From a virus, in the IMG/VR virus record IMGVR_UViG_3300030329_001736, positions 36,093 to 100,092 of that record: a DNA stretch of 64,000 nt, one strand, 5' to 3'. This document shows positions 45,162-54,031 of this stretch, one piece after another (position 1 is the stretch's first letter; every line of letters starts with the position of its first letter). The position numbers and the translations under genes are program-made. The notes beneath the pieces are model-generated. The model made no database searches and was not told where the DNA came from. It was given only the letters and a program-made list of their open reading frames with translations.

Positions 45162-45359
45162 TTACTCCTCTTCTTCTTTTAATACGAAATCTCTACCGTA
45201 AGGGATGAGAATTTTTCCCTCATTGTATACGGTGATCCGTATCTCACCACCACTCTCGTTCAAGAATACGAGGTTGATAGCATCATCCGCAGTACGCTCT
45301 GCCTTGACGAAGCGTTGCACTTCAGTCAGTGCTATCCCTGCTAAATCTAATTCTGCCAT
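45162..45359 (-). CDS. Hypothetical protein
   Basis: GGAGAAGGA RBS. Confidence 0.55.
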   Translation of the reverse strand: MAELDLAGIALTEVQRFVKAERTADDAINLVFLNESGGEIRITVYNEGKILIPYGRDFVLKEEEE

Positions 45360-45361
45360 CG

Positions 45362-45490
45362 TTATCCTTCTCCCATTACTCGTCTTTTGATTTTTTTACG
45401 AAGCTTCTTGTTGGCCATTCTCTTTCCCCACTTTCGTAGGTGTTTGGCCCACTCCTTAGTGCATTTGACGCCAGCGATAGGCTTTGCCAT
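45362..45490 (-). CDS. 42-aa highly basic peptide (not in ORF track)
   Basis: MAKPIAGVKCTKEWAKHLRKWGKRMANKKLRKKIKRRVMGEG with AAAGGA RBS. Confidence 0.55.
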   Translation of the reverse strand: MAKPIAGVKCTKEWAKHLRKWGKRMANKKLRKKIKRRVMGEG

Positions 45491-45502
45491 GATCGTTTCC
45501 TT

Positions 45503-45793
45503 TTAATCGCTGCTAGCTTCGTAGTAATCTTCACAGAAATAATCAAAGAGTTCCGCTGCTTTCTGCGTTCCGAAATCTTCATCGAAGTACTCTTCATACT
45601 TCGGTTTCTCTTTGTTGCGACAGTACCACGCCGCCATCTTGAGCGTATCGCACGCAGCATTGGTAAGACCGCCGTCAGCAGCCCGCCAGTCATCGACCGC
45701 TTCCTTGACATAGCTGAGATACTTAGGCCAGAAGCCTTCTTCCTCCTCGTTAAACTCCCGTGAGAGTTTCTCGATCTCTTCAAAGTCAAACAT
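45503..45793 (-). CDS. Acidic early protein (96 aa)
   Basis: Start MFDFEE after AAGGAAGG; 26 Asp/Glu against 11 Lys/Arg by hand count. Confidence 0.65.
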   Translation of the reverse strand: MFDFEEIEKLSREFNEEEEGFWPKYLSYVKEAVDDWRAADGGLTNAACDTLKMAAWYCRNKEKPKYEEYFDEDFGTQKAAELFDYFCEDYYEASSD

Positions 45794-45811
45794 TTGCTTT
45801 TCCTTCCTTGT

Positions 45812-45825
45812 TTTTACTAGTAAAA
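45812..45825. promoter_or_regulatory. Operator-like palindrome TTTTACTAGTAAAA (copy 1)
   Basis: Perfect palindrome just 5' of the RBS of 45503-45793. Confidence 0.7.
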
Positions 45826-45833
45826 CGATCCCA

Positions 45834-46109
45834 TTAACTAAGGGACCATCGGGCCTTGCGTCCCGTGATCTTATTAATAGATCGGGACTGTGGTATATGT
45901 AAACTGCTACAGCCCAGCCCGTTCCAATCGAAGCCATGAAAATATTCTATAGCATCCGATAACAAAGCGAACGGGTCGGGATTTTCCCTTGTTCTCTTAT
46001 CCGCAACAGAAAAGACACCATTAGCTTCACGCTTAATGGTGCCTACTATTTCTTTGCTGCTATTCGTTACGACAAATAGCGTGCCGTTATTCTTCGCTGT
46101 TACCTTCAT
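45834..46109 (-). CDS. Hypothetical early protein
   Basis: Start moved to MKVTAK after GGGGAAC. Confidence 0.55.
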   Translation of the reverse strand: MKVTAKNNGTLFVVTNSSKEIVGTIKREANGVFSVADKRTRENPDPFALLSDAIEYFHGFDWNGLGCSSLHIPQSRSINKITGRKARWSLS

Positions 46110-46129
46110 CGTTCCCCGTTCCCCGTCGT

Positions 46130-46143
46130 TTTTACTAGTAAAA
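46130..46143. promoter_or_regulatory. Operator-like palindrome TTTTACTAGTAAAA (copy 2)
   Basis: Identical to copy 1; just 5' of the RBS of 45834-46109. Confidence 0.7.
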
Positions 46144-46177
46144 CACAAAAAAAAATAAAAAAAAAATAACAAAAGGG

Positions 46178-46208
46178 AAAAGGGACGCGACACTAAATGC
46201 CGCGCCCT
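46178..46208 (-). terminator. Intrinsic terminator after the first early gene
   Basis: GGGCGCGGCA-TTTAG-TGTCGCGTCCC followed by TTTT and long T tracts. Confidence 0.7.
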
Positions 46209-46217
46209 ATTTCTAGT

Positions 46218-46895
46218 CTATTTCGCTTGGCTTTCTGCTATCTTGTGCATTTCATTTAGTTGATCATATTGGCGCTTTGCTTCCGCGAGGCACGCTTTCA
46301 ATTGTGGCGGCGTTAGCTTGCCTATGTTCTCATTGATAGCCTTTGCCGTGGCTTTTTGAGGCTTTTCGATACGCTCAACGGGTCGGACGCTGCCTTCTTT
46401 TATTTGTTTATAACGCTTGACGATAGTCTTGTCGTGCTTGTTTTTGCTACTGTAGAGGCGCGGAAGCGAACCATCCGCTGCCCAAACCTTGCTGATTTTG
46501 GACATGACCTGACCAAACGTGGCTGGTTTTTTCTCTGTACCTTCGATTTTGATTTCCTTGCCCGACGCCATATGCGTCACTAGCGGCCAGTTGAAGGATA
46601 GGCAAATATCCATGTTTAACGTGGCTGGGTCGCCACCAGCCGCAACGTGGTCGAAGAATTTGGCGGCGATTGCGTTGCAGATACCACGCTCATTCTCTCG
46701 AATAATTTTTTTATCTGCCGCAAGGTCGCGGCTTTCTTCAACAAGTGACGCAACGGCGTTTCTCAAATCATCCGGCAACGGGCGCGCCTGATCCAGCGCG
46801 GAACCAGAAAGCCACCGGGCATGGGCCGCTGCGCTTTCGGTGTCCTGTTCTTCTACCGCAATCTTAGCGGCAATAGCTTCGTTTGGTTTCGGCAT
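46218..46895 (-). CDS. First gene of the leftward (early) arm, hypothetical
   Basis: Start moved to MPKPNE after GAAAGGG; visibly GC-richer than the genome core. Confidence 0.65.
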   Translation of the reverse strand: MPKPNEAIAAKIAVEEQDTESAAAHARWLSGSALDQARPLPDDLRNAVASLVEESRDLAADKKIIRENERGICNAIAAKFFDHVAAGGDPATLNMDICLSFNWPLVTHMASGKEIKIEGTEKKPATFGQVMSKISKVWAADGSLPRLYSSKNKHDKTIVKRYKQIKEGSVRPVERIEKPQKATAKAINENIGKLTPPQLKACLAEAKRQYDQLNEMHKIAESQAK

Positions 46896-46910
46896 TTTCA
46901 ACCCTTTCGC

Positions 46911-46924
46911 TTTTACTCGTAAAA
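46911..46924. promoter_or_regulatory. Operator-like palindrome TTTTACTCGTAAAA (copy 3)
   Basis: Same arms; just 5' of the RBS of 46218-46895. Confidence 0.65.
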
Positions 46925-47000
46925 CCGGCCAAAATGGCTCGGCGGAACCGGTTAGTTCCAACCAATCAAATGGGAACGATTGCCCTAATTTTCAAGGGCT

Positions 47001-47014
47001 TTTTACCGGTAAAA
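47001..47014. promoter_or_regulatory. Operator-like palindrome TTTTACCGGTAAAA (copy 4)
   Basis: Same arms; in the non-coding region upstream of the early arm. Confidence 0.65.
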
Positions 47015-47536
47015 GAATATTTATTTTTTTTAATCATTCGGACGATTAAACTTGACATACGGGGTTACCTATGAATGGCGCAAACGCTAGCGATAGGCAT
47101 TTTCAATTGGCAATATAAGACGCTAGCTTGCTAATAATTGCCTTGCTCATTATATCACCATGAACTAATTAGCACCCTAATAGTAACACTCGTTACTAAA
47201 TAGACCAGCCCCCACCCCCACCCAAAAAATCCCCCCACTGTGTAGATATCATATATTATGGGTGACATATATAGACCAAAAATAAAAAGGAACATTAAAC
47301 AATGCCCCCTTTGTTTTATTTCAACAATTCTATCCAAAAATAATAACAAAAAATAACTCGGCTTGCTACACATTCAGCCTATCTAAGTTATATTCTTAAT
47401 TATATTTATTTATAATATTAATATATAACTAAGAATATAATCTTAATATATCTTATATAGTACTATATAGTATAGGGTAACACAGATTCTAAAATAAGCA
47501 AGGGATATTTTCTTTCTTTCTTCTAAAGATTAGGGG
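47015..47536. other. Divergence region between the two arms; candidate genome terminus / origin region
   Basis: Non-coding; C-runs at 47209-47236, very AT-rich inverted repeat 47388-47440, palindrome TATATAGTACTATATA 47454-47469. Confidence 0.55.
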
Positions 47537-47565
47537 TTGCAAAAATATAAGATAAATAGTAAAAT
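47537..47565 (+). promoter_or_regulatory. sigma70-type promoter of the rightward (packaging/structural) arm
   Basis: TTGCAA-17 nt-TAAAAT. Confidence 0.65.
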
Positions 47566-47622
47566 ACATTTTATTCCTGTAAGCTAAGAAAGCGAACTCA
47601 AATCATCATAAGGAAGGAACTT

Positions 47623-47793
47623 ATGTCTTCACCAAAATATAAAGACGAGTGTCCGTGTGAATGTGAAGATTGCGACTGTGATTGTGATCAATGTGACTGT
47701 AACAAGGCTACCCAACAACAAGAAGAAAAAGAAGTAGTAAACCCAGACTTTATGGCTCACTACTCTAAAAAGGATGAACCAGTGTGGAACTAG
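47623..47793 (+). CDS. 56-aa Cys/Asp-rich metallothionein-like peptide (not in ORF track)
   Basis: MSSPKYKDECPCECEDCDCDCDQCDCNKATQQQEEKEVVNPDFMAHYSKKDEPVWN; AAGGAAGG RBS; overlaps the terL start. Confidence 0.7.
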   Translation: MSSPKYKDECPCECEDCDCDCDQCDCNKATQQQEEKEVVNPDFMAHYSKKDEPVWN

Positions 47794-49355
47794 ATTCCTT
47801 ACCATCAGATAACAATGAAGAAGATATAACATATAATGTTCTTCTAAATATAAATAACAATCTTAAAGATATAGTAAACAAACAATGTCAGGATGACTTT
47901 CTTACTTTTGTGAGGGCTATGGCACCTACTCTTGTTTCTGATTGGAAGATGGGTAGGCACATAGAACTAATATCTGATAAGCTACAACAGGTAGTAGAAG
48001 GAAAGATCAAAAGGCTTATGGTCTTTCTTCCTCCTCGTTCGTCCAAGTCTGTTATCTGTTCTAAGTTGTTTCCTGCGTGGTACATAGGCAAGAACCCTAA
48101 TCACGAAATCTTGACTGTATCTCACTCTGATCAACTATCTAGTGACTTCGGTAGATCAGTAAGAGACATAGTAAACCAAGAGAAGTTTGCTGATATGTTT
48201 CCCGGTGTACTTCTACGTCAAGATGTCAGGGCAGCAGGTAAATGGAAAACGAACCTAAATGGTTCTTACTATGCTGCAGGTGTAAGATCACAGATTGCTG
48301 GACGAGGCGCACACATGGCTATCCTTGATGATGTCATGTCAGAAGAAGATAGTTTCTCTGATGCAGGTAGAAGATACATCAAGGAATGGTATCCGTCAGG
48401 TCTGAGAACTCGTATCATGCCTAACGGATCAATAATAATTATTAATACCAGATATCATTATGATGATCTATGTGGCTGGCTACTCAAGCAGCAGGATGAG
48501 TTCGACATAGAAACGAAGATGAGATGGAATGTAATCAGCATACCTGCATGGCTAGATGAGAAGGCAAGCAAGCTATTAGGCTTAGAGGAAGGAACAAGTT
48601 ACTTTCCTGAATGGAAGGATGATGAGACACTACGAATAGACGAAGCAGAGATCAAAGCTACCAATGGAGCTAAGTATTGGGAAAGTCTGTACATGCAGAA
48701 CCCAACTCCAGATGAAGGAAGCTTAATCAAAAAGAACTGGATTAACAAATGGGAATACCAAGAACCTCCTCATTGTGATTTTATATTACAGACTTATGAC
48801 ACTGCTTTCTCTACAAAAACAACAGCAGACTTTTCTGTTATTCAAACTTGGGGTGTCTTTCATTTCTTTGATGACAGAGCAGATGGAGAAGAGGTAGCAG
48901 CAAGTAATCTTATATTGTTAGGTCAAGTAAGAGGAAGATATGAATACCCAGACCTCAGACGGATAGCCCAGCAAGAATACCAGAAGCACAGACCAGACAT
49001 ATGCTTAGTAGAAAAGAAAGCCAGTGGTCAGTCTCTCATACAAGATATGCGACGAAGCGGGCTACCAGTACTGGAGTACATGCCAGACAAAGATAAGATA
49101 TCAAGGGTTTTCTCTGCTTCTCCTTTGCTTGAGGCAGGACGAGTATGGATACCAAAGAGTAAGGCTTGGGCTAATGAGCTATACGAAGAAGCTATCTTGT
49201 TTCCTTACGGAAGGCACGACGATCAGGTAGATGCGATGGTCATGGCTATCCATTACGTCAAGGATAGTTGGAGGATGGAACATCCAGATGATCCTGATTG
49301 GGAAGATGACATAAATCCAAGAAAACAAAAGAGAGTTGCATACTGGAGGGTTTAG
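47784..49355 (+). CDS. terL: Terminase large subunit
   Basis: LPPRSSKS Walker A variant, IAGRGAHMAILDD, NTRYHYDDL, YMQNP, YDTA, VEKKASG, FPYGRHDDQVD. Confidence 0.95.
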   Translation: MELDSLPSDNNEEDITYNVLLNINNNLKDIVNKQCQDDFLTFVRAMAPTLVSDWKMGRHIELISDKLQQVVEGKIKRLMVFLPPRSSKSVICSKLFPAWYIGKNPNHEILTVSHSDQLSSDFGRSVRDIVNQEKFADMFPGVLLRQDVRAAGKWKTNLNGSYYAAGVRSQIAGRGAHMAILDDVMSEEDSFSDAGRRYIKEWYPSGLRTRIMPNGSIIIINTRYHYDDLCGWLLKQQDEFDIETKMRWNVISIPAWLDEKASKLLGLEEGTSYFPEWKDDETLRIDEAEIKATNGAKYWESLYMQNPTPDEGSLIKKNWINKWEYQEPPHCDFILQTYDTAFSTKTTADFSVIQTWGVFHFFDDRADGEEVAASNLILLGQVRGRYEYPDLRRIAQQEYQKHRPDICLVEKKASGQSLIQDMRRSGLPVLEYMPDKDKISRVFSASPLLEAGRVWIPKSKAWANELYEEAILFPYGRHDDQVDAMVMAIHYVKDSWRMEHPDDPDWEDDINPRKQKRVAYWRV

Positions 49356-49364
49356 TGTTATAGT

Positions 49365-49547
49365 ATGGTTTCTATAAATGAAGCTAAAACAAATAATGAT
49401 TTAATAAGACCTAAGTGGGAAGACTATCGCTGTCCAAAATGCGAATGCGATATCCATGAACTATGTAGACGAAAATGGACAAAGTACAGCTTAGATTTAA
49501 ATAAATATATGGTATTAAAATTTAAGGATACTTACACACATGACTAA
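49365..49547 (+). CDS. Small Cys-containing hypothetical protein
   Basis: CPKCECDIHELC; fills the gap after terL. Confidence 0.4.
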   Translation: MVSINEAKTNNDLIRPKWEDYRCPKCECDIHELCRRKWTKYSLDLNKYMVLKFKDTYTHD

Positions 49548-49559
49548 AAAGATATAACT

Positions 49560-51293
49560 ATGGCAACTGGACTTGAATCATTAGTACAGACCCAACCTTC
49601 TCCTGCAGTTGAAGAAAAAGAAGAAGAAGGTTTTATTGATAAAACAATGGATGTTGCTGGAGATGTCTGGAAGAATATGTCTGCGCTTGATAAAGCTGCA
49701 CTACTCACTTCCCCTGTTCCTATTGTAGGTGATCTTGTAGGTGGTGCAGCAGATGCAAAAGCTTTGTTTGATGATCCTAGTTTATTAAATCTTGCCTTAT
49801 TAGGCGCAGGTCTTATACCCTTTGTTCCTTCTGGAGGAGTTACCAGAACTGCACAAAAAGCTTTCACTAATTTAAGAAATGATATACCCGGTTTTTATGA
49901 AACAACCGATCCAGTAAAACAAGCAGGAGCTTGGGTTAAAACATTACCAGAAGGTGTAGGTAATGTAGCTAAAGCTAGGTATTCTCCTGAATCTAAAGCA
50001 ATACAAGATGAATTTAATATTAGTGTTGCAGATCAAAAAGCAGCAAGGAACGCATTAAAAGTTAGTAAAAAAGAAACAGAGAATATAAAAGAGTTAGATA
50101 AAAATTTAAAAAAGGCAAAAGAAGTAAAAAATAAAGAAGACATTAAAAGAATTGAAGAAGATATTAAGAATGCTACTAAGCGTGCTAATACCGCAACTAA
50201 ACAAGCTATGGGGCAACTAAATCAATCACGCTCTATGACTAAACAATACTACGGAGCTAACAGCGGACCACATGAAGGACTACTAAAAAATATAGATGAG
50301 ATTGATCACATTAAAACTTTTAACAAGTTTAATGTCGATGACTATTTTGATACAGTAGGTGATTTATCAGGATTATCTAGAGATAATATAGATGATCTTT
50401 TTAAACAAATTGAAAAAACTCAAAATATTAATCCGAATAAAAATTATCAAATGAATATTAGAAGAGTGTATACTAAATCTGCAGGAAATCTAGACCCCGG
50501 TATGGTATCAAAAGTTTTTGGTGGTAAAAGTCTTGAAGATATACAGGCTGAAGTTTTTCCAACTAAATTTAATTCAAAAACTGGTAAAATTATCAATCCT
50601 AAACCATATAAAAATAATAAAGAATTTTTAGAAGCATTACAAAAAGCAGAGGTTAATGTTTTAAATCCAAAAGAAGTTTTAAAAGGAAGATCAGCTATTG
50701 TTCAAGGAAGTGGTAAAACAGATGCTTGGGAATTAGGTGGCGTTAATTATATGTCTTCTATTTCAAAAGATGGAAAAGTAGTTACTATTATTAATGATGA
50801 GCATGATTTATTTGGTACTCCTGATAAAATAAAAAAAGTAATGAGAACAGACTCAATAGGGAAACTTCCCGGTGCTGATCGTTATATGAATGTTTCTGAA
50901 CCTATAGTTAAAGAATTAGTTTACACTAAAAAAGCTGCAACAACAAAAAAGCAAGCTGCTAAAAAAAGAAATTTAGATTCTCAAAAAAAGATTGCTTCAG
51001 AACAAGCAATCAAAGAATATAAAGAAAAATCTAATATAGATATATCTGGGAAAATGCCTGTTGGATTTGGAACAAAAGAACAATGGGCAAGAGTTCAAGC
51101 AGTAGCAAATTTAAAACCAAGTAAAAAAGACCCCTCAAGACTTTATAAAGAAGTAGGAATTGGTCTTCCTGTACGAGCATCAAAACCTCTTTTAAGGGAA
51201 GAAGAAGAAGAAGAAGTAATGTTACAAGAAAGAAAGAAAGGCGGTTCTGTAGTAGAACGCAATCCATATAATTACACAGCAAAGGCAATATAA
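49560..51293 (+). CDS. Hypothetical protein between terL and portal, with a pre-toxin (PT-TG)-like N-terminal segment
   Basis: SPVPIVGDLVGGAADAKAL...LALLGAGLIPFVP; Lys-rich body; C-terminal KKGGSVVERNPY. Confidence 0.6.
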   Translation: MATGLESLVQTQPSPAVEEKEEEGFIDKTMDVAGDVWKNMSALDKAALLTSPVPIVGDLVGGAADAKALFDDPSLLNLALLGAGLIPFVPSGGVTRTAQKAFTNLRNDIPGFYETTDPVKQAGAWVKTLPEGVGNVAKARYSPESKAIQDEFNISVADQKAARNALKVSKKETENIKELDKNLKKAKEVKNKEDIKRIEEDIKNATKRANTATKQAMGQLNQSRSMTKQYYGANSGPHEGLLKNIDEIDHIKTFNKFNVDDYFDTVGDLSGLSRDNIDDLFKQIEKTQNINPNKNYQMNIRRVYTKSAGNLDPGMVSKVFGGKSLEDIQAEVFPTKFNSKTGKIINPKPYKNNKEFLEALQKAEVNVLNPKEVLKGRSAIVQGSGKTDAWELGGVNYMSSISKDGKVVTIINDEHDLFGTPDKIKKVMRTDSIGKLPGADRYMNVSEPIVKELVYTKKAATTKKQAAKKRNLDSQKKIASEQAIKEYKEKSNIDISGKMPVGFGTKEQWARVQAVANLKPSKKDPSRLYKEVGIGLPVRASKPLLREEEEEEVMLQERKKGGSVVERNPYNYTAKAI

Positions 51294-51295
51294 AT

Positions 51296-53821
51296 ATGGC
51301 AACTGAACGCAATCCATTTGATCCCATTCCTGAAGTAGAAGTCTCTATGATAGAGATTGAACCAGAAGCAGACAGCGAGGATGCAAGTATAGAGTATGAT
51401 CCTACTGATGGTGGAGTAGTAGTAGAGTTTAAGACGAATGAAGATGAAGGACTAACCAAAGAACAAGTAGAAGAAACAGAAGAAGAGTTCTACAGAAATC
51501 TAGTTGATGATCTAGATGAAAATACTCTAGAGGATATCGCTTCTCAAGTTCACGAAAACTTTACTGCTGACAGAGACAGTAGATCAGAATGGGAGTCTAT
51601 GTTTGAAAGAGGTTTTGATCTTTTAGGATTAAAACTAGAAGAAGCTTCAGAACCCTTTGAAGGTGCATGTACTGCTGTTCATCCTGTTCTTATTGAGTCT
51701 GCAGTTAAGTTTCAATCCAAAGCTACTCAAGAATTATTTCCTGCTTCAGGACCAGTTAAGTCTCAGATTATTGGTGAGGTAACAGAAGAGAAAGAACAAC
51801 AAGCTCACAGAGTAGATCAGTTTATGAACTATCAGGTAACGGAACAGATGCCTGAATACTTTGATGAGTTTGAAAGAATGCTGTTCCATTTGCCTTTGAT
51901 TGGTTCAGCTTTCAAAAAGATTTACTTTGATAGCAATCTTAATAGACCAGTTTCAGAATTTGTTCCTATTGATCAGTTCTATGTTTCTTACTATGCTACC
52001 GATCTAAGACGCGCAGATCGTTACACGCATGTTATCTATCGTTCTCCAGTGGAAATGAAAAGAGATATTGCGTCAGATATGTATGCAGATGTAGACTTGC
52101 CATCAGCAGGTACACCAGATATGGCACCTATCAGTCAAAAGATGGACAATATTATGGGTCTATCTCCTTCAGGTAGCCACGATCCACAATATGTAGTACT
52201 GGAGCAGCATTGTTATCTCGACCTACCAGATAAGTTTTCTGATGAAGATGGTCTATCTTTACCGTATATTGTTACTATTGAAGAGCAAAGCCAGCAGGTT
52301 TTGTCTATTCGCAGAAACTACAACAAGGATGACAAGCGTAAAGAAAAGAAAATCTTCTTTACTCACTACAGATTTGTGCCGGGTTTTGGTTTCTACGGTA
52401 TGGGACTTATCCACTTCCTTGGTAACTTGACGATGACTGCTACTGCTGCCATGCGTAGCTTGGTAGATGCAGGACAATTTGCTAATCTTCCCGGTGGTTT
52501 CAAAGCTAAGGGTATGAGGATTGTTGGTGATAATGATCCTATTGCACCGGGTGAGTTCAGAGAAGTAGAGGCTACAGGTAATGATCTTTCTAAGATGATC
52601 ATTAACCTTCCTTACAAAGAACCATCTCAAACTTTATTCCAGATGCTCAACTTTGTAACTTCTACAGCCCAGAAGTTTGCTGACACAACTGAACAAGTTG
52701 TTTCTGATGCAGCGAGTTACGGTCCAGTAGGCACAACGATGGCGCTTCTTGAAGCATCAAGTAAATTCTTTTCTGCTATTCATAAGCGTTTGCATAAGTC
52801 TCAGCACGATGAGTTCAAGTTGCTTGGACGTATCAACTGTGAGTATCTTCCAGAAGAATCTATGTGTGATGTACCCAACGGTACTCTAAAAATTTATAGA
52901 AGTGATTTTGATGGTAGAATTGATATTGTTCCTGTATCTGATCCAAACATTCCTTCATCCGCACACAGGATGATGATGGCTCAGTTGGCTTTGCAGCTTT
53001 CTCAATCCGCACCACCGGGAATGTTCAACGTAGAAGAATTGAATAAGACTATTCTATCTGCAGCTAACATACCTAACTTAGATAAGATTCTACCAGAGAA
53101 ACCAGAACCAATGCCGCTTGATCCTATCAGTGATATTCAAGCTGCAGTCAAAGGAATGCCAATCAAAGCTTTTATTGGTCAAAACCATCCTGCTCACATT
53201 CAAGTAAAGACAATGTATCTACAAGACCCGATGAACGGTGGTAATCCAGTTATGCAAAGGATTGCTCCTGTTCTTCAAGCTAATATCCAAGAGCATATGG
53301 TTATGCAATATCAAGAACAAGTTAATGGAGTTGCTCAACAACTTATACAACAGTATGGTCAAGAAGCAGCAGAAGCAGGTATTGATCCTCAAGACCCAAG
53401 AGTTATGGAAGAGGTTATGGCTCAAGCTGCACAACAAGTTATGTCTGCTAATCAAGCGATGGCTGCTCAACAGCAAGCAGGATCACCTGAAGCACAAATG
53501 GTTCAGATTGAACAGCAGCGTCTTGGTGTTGAACAACAAAAAGTTCAAACTCAAATGGCTAAAGAAGCTGCAAACGCAGCAAATAAAAACAGAGAGCTTG
53601 ATCTTAAAGAGATGGAAATACAATTGGATATGTTCAAGGAAGGTGTTAACATCTCTACAACTAAAGAAGAAAAAGAACTTGACAGAAATGCCAAGAAAGC
53701 TATTGCAGCTTTGGATGCTCTTATTGATCTGGCAAAAACAGAATCTAATATTGACAGAGACAAGACTCTTAAAGCTGCAGATATGTTAACTAAATTTATA
53801 GGGAATGCACAGAGACAATAA
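51296..53821 (+). CDS. Portal protein
   Basis: 841 aa; PFEGACTAVHP, LPLIGSAFKK, GFGFYGMGLIH, PVGTTMALLE, VPVSDPN; Gln-rich helical tail; follows terL. Confidence 0.9.
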   Translation: MATERNPFDPIPEVEVSMIEIEPEADSEDASIEYDPTDGGVVVEFKTNEDEGLTKEQVEETEEEFYRNLVDDLDENTLEDIASQVHENFTADRDSRSEWESMFERGFDLLGLKLEEASEPFEGACTAVHPVLIESAVKFQSKATQELFPASGPVKSQIIGEVTEEKEQQAHRVDQFMNYQVTEQMPEYFDEFERMLFHLPLIGSAFKKIYFDSNLNRPVSEFVPIDQFYVSYYATDLRRADRYTHVIYRSPVEMKRDIASDMYADVDLPSAGTPDMAPISQKMDNIMGLSPSGSHDPQYVVLEQHCYLDLPDKFSDEDGLSLPYIVTIEEQSQQVLSIRRNYNKDDKRKEKKIFFTHYRFVPGFGFYGMGLIHFLGNLTMTATAAMRSLVDAGQFANLPGGFKAKGMRIVGDNDPIAPGEFREVEATGNDLSKMIINLPYKEPSQTLFQMLNFVTSTAQKFADTTEQVVSDAASYGPVGTTMALLEASSKFFSAIHKRLHKSQHDEFKLLGRINCEYLPEESMCDVPNGTLKIYRSDFDGRIDIVPVSDPNIPSSAHRMMMAQLALQLSQSAPPGMFNVEELNKTILSAANIPNLDKILPEKPEPMPLDPISDIQAAVKGMPIKAFIGQNHPAHIQVKTMYLQDPMNGGNPVMQRIAPVLQANIQEHMVMQYQEQVNGVAQQLIQQYGQEAAEAGIDPQDPRVMEEVMAQAAQQVMSANQAMAAQQQAGSPEAQMVQIEQQRLGVEQQKVQTQMAKEAANAANKNRELDLKEMEIQLDMFKEGVNISTTKEEKELDRNAKKAIAALDALIDLAKTESNIDRDKTLKAADMLTKFIGNAQRQ

Positions 53822-53826
53822 TAAAA

Positions 53827-54024
53827 ATGAATTTTTGGGATGAACTAAATTTAAAATATGAAGAAAAATTAAAAGATACGAAAAATTCGCTTGCATATGG
53901 CAATGCTTCCAATTATGATGAGTATCAGCATTCTGTCGGTGTTATTGAAGGAATAGAATGGGCCAAAGAATGTTTGAAACATATTGTGAAGCATAGAATA
54001 TACGAAGAAACGGAAGGAGAATAA
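53827..54024 (+). CDS. Small conserved head-assembly region protein
   Basis: LAYGNASNYDEYQHSVGVIEG; between portal and GroES. Confidence 0.6.
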   Translation: MNFWDELNLKYEEKLKDTKNSLAYGNASNYDEYQHSVGVIEGIEWAKECLKHIVKHRIYEETEGE

Positions 54025-54031
54025 TAATAAT

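Noticed and set aside
45376-45789. 137-aa basic minus-strand ORF
   Set aside because: Alternative frame overlapping two RBS-supported genes (45503-45793 and 45362-45490).
46147-46167. Poly-A tracts as a phase-variation switch
   Set aside because: Intergenic and directly downstream of a terminator hairpin on the minus strand; explained as its U-rich tail.
47052-47080. TTGACA on the plus strand as a promoter
   Set aside because: No acceptable -10 element at 16-18 nt spacing.
29305-49355. Inteins or introns in nrdJ, polA, helicase or terL
   Set aside because: All are uninterrupted, of compact length, and lack splicing motifs.
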